Position numbers and translations under genes: made by a program. 64,000 nucleotides of DNA from a virus (lineage: Duplodnaviria > Heunggongvirae > Uroviricota > Caudoviricetes), in the IMG/VR virus record IMGVR_UViG_3300049203_000077, positions 1-64,000 of that record; one strand, given 5' to 3'. Positions 57,601-64,000 of the stretch are shown piece after piece. Position 1 is the first letter of the stretch; each line of letters begins with the position of its first letter. The notes beneath the pieces are model-generated. The model saw only the letters and a list, made by a program, of their open reading frames with translations. It was not told the origin of the DNA and made no database searches.

Positions 57601-60600
57601 ATCCTAACTATCCATATAATGATCTTAGAGCAAATCCATTTATTACTGATGACTTTAGAAACTATGATGAGCATAATAAAGAAAAGGGCTCAGATCTTCC
57701 ATTTATCTTCTCAAAAAGATATACATTTCATAGTCCAGATACACACTTTTCTGAGCCGTTTATAGGTACAAAACTAACACTTGAAACAGCAGAATATGGA
57801 ACTTCTGAAGGGTATTTTACAGTATCAAAAAGACAAGCAAAGCAAAAGTTTCTATCTAATACTTCTTATTCTATTGCTTTCGGTCTGGGAATCGTTGCTG
57901 CTCTTACTAAAACCACTGAAAAAGAAATAACACTGTATACTGTTAAGGGTATGGTGACATCAGGAATGGGAGTAGCGTCAGGTGTACTTGGTCCGTTTCT
58001 ACCATATCAGACAGGTAGTGGTGCTGCAGTAGCAGCTGCCGAATCGTGGATAAATACAATCATTAATCCTCAGAAATCTGCTTCAATTAATGCTGCTCAT
58101 GAGGTTACAACACAAACTGTAGGCGGTGGCTGGAAAGATTGGGCTAACCCTGTATATCTTGCTACAAGGAAGCCTTTGTTACTTCCTTTACTTCCAGTGC
58201 TGTTAACAAACTTAGTATCAGGCTTTTTATCTACTGTGCTAGCTGAGTCAGGTATTATACTTGATCTTATTAAATCACTAACTCCTTACAGGGACTGGTG
58301 TATTCAGTATAACTCGATAGGTAAGTATAATGCTTATAAACCAGTTCCAAACACAGGAAATAAGATACGTGGTATTAACTCTTGGAGATACTTAAAGGGA
58401 GAAAATAGCCTTATCCCGGAAACATCTGATCTTGATCCTACGAAGTTTGTTAGTACAAAAATTAATAACTGGCATCGTGAAGAGTCTTTGTACTTGAGAT
58501 ATGTAGGTAATGATTTTCCTAATGCAAGCACTTTCTCAGGTGTTCAAGACCAAAGTCGCTTTACAATTGAAGATAGTGCAGTAGGTAAGGCTCTTGACAA
58601 AAAGGTGATAAAGAACATCTCATCCTATTATGCTTCTATTAAGAACTACAGGCCAGATCAATATGGTAATATATACAATGTAGAGTATATTTCTACAGGA
58701 TCCCATATATTTGATATGACTACCTCAAATAGTACATGCAAAACTATATTTGGTGGTGATACGTTTATAAATAGATTTGCCCTTAAAAGAAAAGTGGCAT
58801 ACTTCCTAGCTGACACTTTTGAGATGATGAATGGTACGGATTTTGATTATTCGTCATTCCCAAATCTAGGCATTCCAAGACACTATTATAACAGCACAGT
58901 AGGAGTAGCTTCTGAATTTGATAGTATTGGTGACATTTTTAGTCTTATAACACCATCTGGTATTGGAGACTTTCTTGGAAGACCTAAGAGTATACGTGAT
59001 GCTGCTACTAGTAAATTTTTCTATCAAAATGGATACATTTACCTATATCACTATGGAATTCCTTATTTCTTGGTAGAGTCTGATGTAAATGTGGATTTTC
59101 GTTATGCTGAGAATCTCTCAGACAAAGCGTTCTATCCTCTTCAACAAGATCTTGATTACTGGTTACAAGAAGAAAATGTAAGGCTTAGAGAACCTAATTA
59201 CTATTTCTATAATAACACTTATTCCAAGCAAAATAAAGAGCATTCTTATACAATCTATCCAGCTTCCTTTGAGCCTGGTAGAGCTTGTAAGGTAAGTCAT
59301 CCAAATGGCATTATTTACTCAAATGGTGCTAACTGGTTGCAATATAAAGCTAATGATTTCTTTCCTGTACCATTATCCTATGGAAGACTCACCTCTGTGA
59401 ATGGCATAGAAAGTGACAGAATATTAATTCGTACAGAGAACACATTTCTAGTACATAATGCTTATAACACCTTACAAACCAATGGAATAAACATACAAGT
59501 TGGTAATGGTGGAATGTTTGCAACAAAGCCCCAAGAATACGCAAAAACAACTCTTGGTCATGGAGGATCTCAGCATAATGGGATATTAAACACAGAATTC
59601 GGACACTTATGGGTAGATGCTAAAAGAGGTCAAATAATCAATTTATCAGGTGGAGGGCTAGATGAAATCTCTAAGTATGGTATGAAGAACTGGTTTAAAG
59701 AAAATCTTCCTTTTCATATTTCTAAGGACTTTCCTGAAATTCAGGCAGATGATTTAGACAACAGCTACAAAGGAATAGGTATAACAATGGTCTATGACAA
59801 GAGATTTAGTAGAGCAATTATTACCAAACTTGATTATAAGCTTTTAGATAAGACAGTTACCTATGATCAAGAAGAGAAGGTATTCAAAAAAGGTAACGAA
59901 GTTGTTAATTTACAGGATAATAAGTATTTTTGTGATAAGAGTTGGACAATATCTTTTAGCTTCTTAACTAAAGCTTGGACATCATTCCACTCATATAAAC
60001 CTAATTATTATGTAGATGGAATAGAGTATTTTTCTTCAGGATTAAATACAAATGGAACTCTATGGAATCACAATCTTACTAATAAATCTTACCAAGTATT
60101 TTATGGAAAGAAGTATCCGTGGGTTATACAGACAATTAGTAAATATGATTTGTCAAAGAATCACTTGAACTCAGTAGAGTACTCAATGGACGTTATTCGC
60201 TATCATGGTGACTATGATCCTTTCTATAACAATCAAATTACCTTTAATAAGGCGATTGTGTCAAATCAGGGACAATCTACAGGCCTATTAGAGCTAGAGT
60301 ATAATAATAAAAATAACCTAAACCACCTCACTACTTATCCAAAAGTAAATGCTAATAGTACTACAATTCGAGTAACAAATAGTGATGGTATATGGAGGTT
60401 TAATCAGTTTTATGACCTGGCTCCTTCTAGAGCTAACAACATTCCATTATGGTTAAATGATTGTTCTAATACAATAAGAACACCAAATCCAGCAGCTATT
60501 AATTATCAAACACCTGATTTAGATAAGAAGCGTATAAGAGGAGAGTGGAATAGAATTATGTTGATAAATGATAAGCACACTAACTATAAAATGATTTTTA

Positions 60601-60638
60601 AATACCTTCAGAATAATTCTGTGAAGACTTATAGATAA
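54651..60638 (+). CDS. giant tail-associated protein with PKD-like and fibronectin-III-like domains
   Basis: 1995 aa; two PKD-type repeats (PIVNAGPDQTINYDG...ITVN and PVANPGGDKMIVLP...RLRVTD) and an FN3-like segment (YDVYLAVDGDPY...NTVYNWYVVPKNAAGEAE) around residues 530-800. Confidence 0.5.
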   Translation: MADNNTHISVPIKGMNTDVHPSNLTEQGYDYSLNSVVEEFSGNGFPILQNESSNLKCANFPSGYKVVNVVNVVEQDRKILFLHNPTTGFSQIGEILGKNECGDSLIDNDEDLGYCSGCDTGYSPEKSPLEDQNPIPCCEYVTIATQTCFNFSIDHPIRSVYRLEDCGISIYFADNLNYNRYIEFEYVDDDPSKHLKIKDKFKVVIGLTPDCEAPIYGTQIDCNKLRIDPVATIPNINLVDITGGGSLKAGVYQFLFAYSNEDGGVRTPYLNVTNPIPIFTREVTFDTDYQTDRSITFEIEGIDFNSPYENFNIAVVKTINSVSSFEYVGTYPIGTTRITYTGNEKSLKDLSAQEIFAPKVYYSKSRGTATSNNFLFWYSPEETKKLNVQRIANKVKLYWQTTQIPENAYRDPRNAHIYKTYMRDEVYPFGLVLVYDNNEKSTIGHIPNRVATTSDRTIVDNTDVITETSCGDCGEGSSEEQVQAEDLNETTFVPSNDLPTLNEDNSNQEESCTYTPYSDTPSTSFFSGTGAIPIVNAGPDQTINYDGIVNLNGTEIHSGTYVTTLWKQISGPNQITIANPTNLNTFFDGFITGTYVIQLVVTDSNTNRGVDSVTITVNIGTNAAPVANPGGDKMIVLPTSTSYLNGGLSSDDMLISSYLWTQDSGPNTATINSPTQPYTDVSGLVEGTYVFRLRVTDNKECYSEATTTIYVLDNPCDSVPDPVNLLYPVNGSLTSSFATVVLDWDDSVCATSYDVYLAVDGDPYSLVGNSTNSTFTLTNLIPNTVYNWYVVPKNAAGEAEDADLYYRTFVTPTESSVSGCEKQKWEVYNTASIIASPHQPYKDCEETCWEYGEFAYWESTEKYPNNPDVWGELCNEPIRFHKFPDSLVTHIHDGLNASVDNKRDNMIYPIGIKVDHNSVRAAIDQAVTDGIITLEDKNRIKGYEIVRGNRFGNKSIVAKGILYDVNQYRRKRDGNYFDNDIIYYPNYPYNDLRANPFITDDFRNYDEHNKEKGSDLPFIFSKRYTFHSPDTHFSEPFIGTKLTLETAEYGTSEGYFTVSKRQAKQKFLSNTSYSIAFGLGIVAALTKTTEKEITLYTVKGMVTSGMGVASGVLGPFLPYQTGSGAAVAAAESWINTIINPQKSASINAAHEVTTQTVGGGWKDWANPVYLATRKPLLLPLLPVLLTNLVSGFLSTVLAESGIILDLIKSLTPYRDWCIQYNSIGKYNAYKPVPNTGNKIRGINSWRYLKGENSLIPETSDLDPTKFVSTKINNWHREESLYLRYVGNDFPNASTFSGVQDQSRFTIEDSAVGKALDKKVIKNISSYYASIKNYRPDQYGNIYNVEYISTGSHIFDMTTSNSTCKTIFGGDTFINRFALKRKVAYFLADTFEMMNGTDFDYSSFPNLGIPRHYYNSTVGVASEFDSIGDIFSLITPSGIGDFLGRPKSIRDAATSKFFYQNGYIYLYHYGIPYFLVESDVNVDFRYAENLSDKAFYPLQQDLDYWLQEENVRLREPNYYFYNNTYSKQNKEHSYTIYPASFEPGRACKVSHPNGIIYSNGANWLQYKANDFFPVPLSYGRLTSVNGIESDRILIRTENTFLVHNAYNTLQTNGINIQVGNGGMFATKPQEYAKTTLGHGGSQHNGILNTEFGHLWVDAKRGQIINLSGGGLDEISKYGMKNWFKENLPFHISKDFPEIQADDLDNSYKGIGITMVYDKRFSRAIITKLDYKLLDKTVTYDQEEKVFKKGNEVVNLQDNKYFCDKSWTISFSFLTKAWTSFHSYKPNYYVDGIEYFSSGLNTNGTLWNHNLTNKSYQVFYGKKYPWVIQTISKYDLSKNHLNSVEYSMDVIRYHGDYDPFYNNQITFNKAIVSNQGQSTGLLELEYNNKNNLNHLTTYPKVNANSTTIRVTNSDGIWRFNQFYDLAPSRANNIPLWLNDCSNTIRTPNPAAINYQTPDLDKKRIRGEWNRIMLINDKHTNYKMIFKYLQNNSVKTYR

Positions 60639-61291
60639 TGGCGTATAACTTTTTAAATAGAACCACGTACTCAAATGATCCTCTTGCACAAGGAGATTTT
60701 GAGCAATTTATTCCTAGCTCTCAGTCTACACCATTAGGAGCTGGGTTTAATGATACATCATTTGATAGTGATTTAATTGAAATGGTATCTGCTGATGATA
60801 TAGATAATGTATCTACCACCCAAGAATTAGCAAATTCTCCCACTATAGAAGAGCAAGAGGAATCTGATCCACAGGTAGATTGGGAAATTATGAATATGCT
60901 GTTTGCAGAAGAACCCAGTACAACATCAGTACCAAGAAAAACATATACTTCACCACCATCTACCGATGAAGATGAGGACGATGAAACTCCTACTCCTCCA
61001 CGAGGAGGAAAGGTAAAGCCTAGAATATGGCAGTATGGAGGGAAGTCTACCAAATACAAAGTAGATGAAAGTTTATTGTATGCAGATGATTATGAAACAC
61101 AAAGAATAGGGCTTAACAACCCTAATTATAACACTGCTGTGTTTAACATGAAAGGTATCAATACATTTAGAGGACTTGACAATCATCAACCTGTAATGGT
61201 GACAGATGGATCGAAGTACAAAGTATTATATGGTCCACAAGACACAGCTAAGTTTAATGGAAAAGTATACGAAAAGAGACTAAAATTCTAA
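60638..61291 (+). CDS. hypothetical protein with acidic low-complexity centre
   Basis: 217-aa ORF. Confidence 0.4.
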   Translation: MAYNFLNRTTYSNDPLAQGDFEQFIPSSQSTPLGAGFNDTSFDSDLIEMVSADDIDNVSTTQELANSPTIEEQEESDPQVDWEIMNMLFAEEPSTTSVPRKTYTSPPSTDEDEDDETPTPPRGGKVKPRIWQYGGKSTKYKVDESLLYADDYETQRIGLNNPNYNTAVFNMKGINTFRGLDNHQPVMVTDGSKYKVLYGPQDTAKFNGKVYEKRLKF

Positions 61292-61294
61292 TAT

Positions 61295-64000
61295 ATGAAA
61301 AAAAGAAAGCCTAAATATTATGCCTATCAACTAGGTGGATCTACCAATTTTAATTGGAATATACCAGAAGAAAAAACTCCTTCTGTAGTAAATCAAACAG
61401 CTACAGGAGCTACAGACATTTATGGTAATCAATACTTTAAACAAGATAACCAAGGAGCACCAACATTTGAAGGTGATGTTACAGGAACACCGAGGAAGAA
61501 ATTTGATCTTTTGAGCCTACTTGGAAATACTAATAAAACAGAACTTCATCCTGCAATTCAGTCTCTTAATGCTGGTATACAGACAGTTACAGGTATAGCT
61601 AATATGATAAATGAGGTGAAGAATAGAAAGTACGAAAAGGACCAATATTTAAGAGCTATTACTCCCGATTATTATGAAAATATGGAAGGGTATGGCCTTA
61701 ATGCTAATCCTGTGTTTACACAATACGGAGGAACATCTAAGTATCAAGTTGGTGGGCAACAAAAACCTGTCCTAGTAAACCCTTATAATCAGCCAAATCA
61801 ATTTAGTGGTCAATCAGTAGTTAGTGGAACAAATGCTTTCACAGAAAATCAATTTGCTATGGATTTTCCTGATAAGAGGATGTCTAAAAGCATTGATTTA
61901 ATTAATAATGTTCTTTCTTCTGGATTACTTCCTAATCAGACTGGCGAAGACAAAACGCTCAGAACGCAGCTTGATCCACGCATGTATAATTATTTGTATC
62001 AGTTTAATCAAAGAACTGATTTAAAAGGAATGACTCCTGAACAAAGAATAAATACGTTCTATAATGTAAACACGAATGATCCAGAGATTCAATCAATGAA
62101 GGACAACATGAAGCGCTATGGTTATGGTCCATCAGAATTTCGCAATGTAAGTCCTAGTAATAAAATAGGCCCCGCTCTCGTTTCAATGAAAGATGGGGGA
62201 AGTGTTTCTGAAACTTATGGACTTCAAAAGGGTGGAAAAGCTTTTGCTAATGTAGAAGCTGAGAGAGGAGAAGTAGTAGAGAATCTTGATGGTTCTATTA
62301 ATCAAGTAGCAGTAGATGCGAACACTCATGAACAAGGTGGCGTATTTCTTCCTAATGTACATAGAGTACTTGAGAATACATCAAACATTAGAAAAGACAA
62401 GAACTCTAAAATTCTAAAGCTTAGTTCTGCTGATGTAGAGGAAGCTACTGGAGCTAAAGTAAAAGGCTCAATGTCTCATGCTGAAGCACTTGTAAAGGCT
62501 AATGACTATTACGAAGGAGAAAGAAATAAAATAACAAAAAAAATAACACTTGCTGCTAAAGATAGGAGTGATCTTGACAAGTATGGTGAACTTTCAACAA
62601 AATTAAATATGCAACAATTTCAGGCTATTCCTACACAAGAACAATTGTTTGAAAGTCTGTTTAACCGTCAAGAAGCGATAAAGGCTAAATATGATATTCC
62701 TACAGGTGGGCAAGCTAAATATGGTGGAGGACTCTCAAGAGAAGATGACTATGGATCTTCCAAAAAACCATATGCTTCAGTAGATTCTTCAGATTTTGCT
62801 GGAGGAGGAAGATCTTATCCTATACCTACTAAAGCTGATGCGGAAGATGCATTGCGTCTCGCGCACTTACATGGACGTTCCGATGTAATTGCTAAGGTGT
62901 ATGCTAAATACCCAGAACTTAAAAAAGCTCAATTAGGAGGGTACACTGGTAATAAGTCAGGACTCAAAACTCCTGCTGGTAATTCAGATGCATTTCCTGC
63001 TACTAAGGATTTCTCATTTAATGACTATTTAAATGATTTAACAGGAAAAGGGTTTAAATATGAAGGTATAACAAATCCTAAAGATTTCCAGTTAGCTCTA
63101 TATGATTATCAATTAAAGAACAATCCTGAAGCTATTAAAAAGATGTGGGGCGAAGGAATGCATCAAGCAGGAATGGCTCAAGCTAGAAAGTTAGGTTTAG
63201 TTGATGATAAAGGACTATTTAAACAAGGTGCTCTAAATGATCCAAAAAATCTTGAGAAGCTTAGAGATATTTATGCAGATGGTATTCTTGGTGTAAGAAC
63301 TATGCAACTTGGTAAAAAGCCTCCTCGTATTTGGAGCGATGATGACATTCCAGTACAAGATGTTCCACAATTAAGACAAGAGTTAGACACAAGTATTACG
63401 ACTCCAGATATTATACAGCAACCTAGAAGTAGATTTAATGAACCTCTTCGCTGGTATGATGTAGCTTCTCCAGTAAATGCTTATATGGCTGCTTTAGAGC
63501 GTGAGCCAGGTAAATACAATCCAGCAGAATTTAATCAATTACGCTACAAACTACTTGATCCAACAGTAGCCTTGCAGCAGAACCAAGCAGATTTCAATGC
63601 TGCTGTAGATGCTACTCAGTCATTAGCACCTAATAATCCAGGTGCAGCTGCTGCTAATATAGCTAACCTTGCTGCTTCTAAATATGCTGCCAATAATCAA
63701 GTGCTAGGGAATTACGAGAACCAGAATGCTCAGATTAAGAATAACGAAATCACTTATAATACACAAGTACGTGATAAGAATTCTCTGGCAGATCAACAAG
63801 CTCGTGAATTGTTTGAAAATAAAGTACTTACGTCTAAAGCTATACAGCAAGAACAGAAACTTACAGCCCTTGATTCTTTATATAAGACAATTGCTGAGAA
63901 TAGAGCTTTAAATAGAAATGGTAACTTGATAATGAAATTCTCAAGAGCCTTTGATCAATATGGAGATTATAATGGGTATGCTCCTATATTCACTACACCT
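61295..64000 (+). CDS. large structural protein, 3'-truncated by the window end (tail or tape-measure candidate)
   Basis: ATG at 61295; I read the frame through to 64000 without encountering a stop (over 900 codons); absent from the ORF track because no stop lies within the window. Confidence 0.45.
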   Translation, partial: MKKRKPKYYAYQLGGSTNFNWNIPEEKTPSVVNQTATGATDIYGNQYFKQDNQGAPTFEGDVTGTPRKKFDLLSLLGNTNKTELHPAIQSLNAGIQTVTGIANMINEVKNRKYEKDQYLRAITPDYYENMEGYGLNANPVFTQYGGTSKYQVGGQQKPVLVNPYNQPNQFSGQSVVSGTNAFTENQFAMDFPDKRMSKSIDLINNVLSSGLLPNQTGEDKTLRTQLDPRMYNYLYQFNQRTDLKGMTPEQRINTFYNVNTNDPEIQSMKDNMKRYGYGPSEFRNVSPSNKIGPALVSMKDGGSVSETYGLQKGGKAFANVEAERGEVVENLDGSINQVAVDANTHEQGGVFLPNVHRVLENTSNIRKDKNSKILKLSSADVEEATGAKVKGSMSHAEALVKANDYYEGERNKITKKITLAAKDRSDLDKYGELSTKLNMQQFQAIPTQEQLFESLFNRQEAIKAKYDIPTGGQAKYGGGLSREDDYGSSKKPYASVDSSDFAGGGRSYPIPTKADAEDALRLAHLHGRSDVIAKVYAKYPELKKAQLGGYTGNKSGLKTPAGNSDAFPATKDFSFNDYLNDLTGKGFKYEGITNPKDFQLALYDYQLKNNPEAIKKMWGEGMHQAGMAQARKLGLVDDKGLFKQGALNDPKNLEKLRDIYADGILGVRTMQLGKKPPRIWSDDDIPVQDVPQLRQELDTSITTPDIIQQPRSRFNEPLRWYDVASPVNAYMAALEREPGKYNPAEFNQLRYKLLDPTVALQQNQADFNAAVDATQSLAPNNPGAAAANIANLAASKYAANNQVLGNYENQNAQIKNNEITYNTQVRDKNSLADQQARELFENKVLTSKAIQQEQKLTALDSLYKTIAENRALNRNGNLIMKFSRAFDQYGDYNGYAPIFTTP

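Noticed and set aside
1-64000. CRISPR array, integrase or attachment site, rRNA
   Set aside because: No regularly spaced direct repeats, no tyrosine or serine recombinase motifs and no rRNA-like segments were seen.

Overview
AT-rich window (about 35-40% GC) with the gene organisation of a large tailed dsDNA phage of a Bacteroidetes host. Several genes are preceded by the Bacteroides-type promoter, TTTG at -33 and TAnnTTTG at -7 with a 20-nt gap; at least six such plus-strand promoters are recognisable and one on the minus strand. All calls below are by eye from the sequence and ORF track; no searches or folding were run.

Layout:
- 66..25263, minus strand. A replication module (P-loop ATPase, GGCT/AIG2-like protein, truncated DnaB-like helicase, SF2 helicase, compact family-B DNA polymerase, histone-H1-like K/A-rich protein) is followed by about 40 small genes. 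Many of these encode lipoproteins or signal-peptide or membrane proteins, including a membrane-anchored Ppx/GppA-NTPDase-like phosphohydrolase and an SPFH-like lipoprotein. Non-coding gaps of 250-530 bp are unusually common here.
- 25264..25403 is a strand-switch region with a plus-strand promoter.
- 25404..28803, plus strand, holds small genes including an ATP-grasp ligase.
- 28812..31315 is a dense tRNA array of about 23 genes. It is split by two internal intrinsic terminators and one internal promoter and contains non-tRNA inserts.
- 31494..64000, plus strand, is the morphogenesis module: TerL (Walker A RQGGKS), putative portal, acidic scaffold-like protein, putative major capsid, three tail-fibre-like genes sharing an N-terminal Cys-rich domain, a metallophosphoesterase, a 1995-aa PKD/FN3-domain tail protein and a long ORF running off the window end. 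An isolated tRNA(CAT) sits inside this module.

No CRISPR array, integrase or rRNA was seen.
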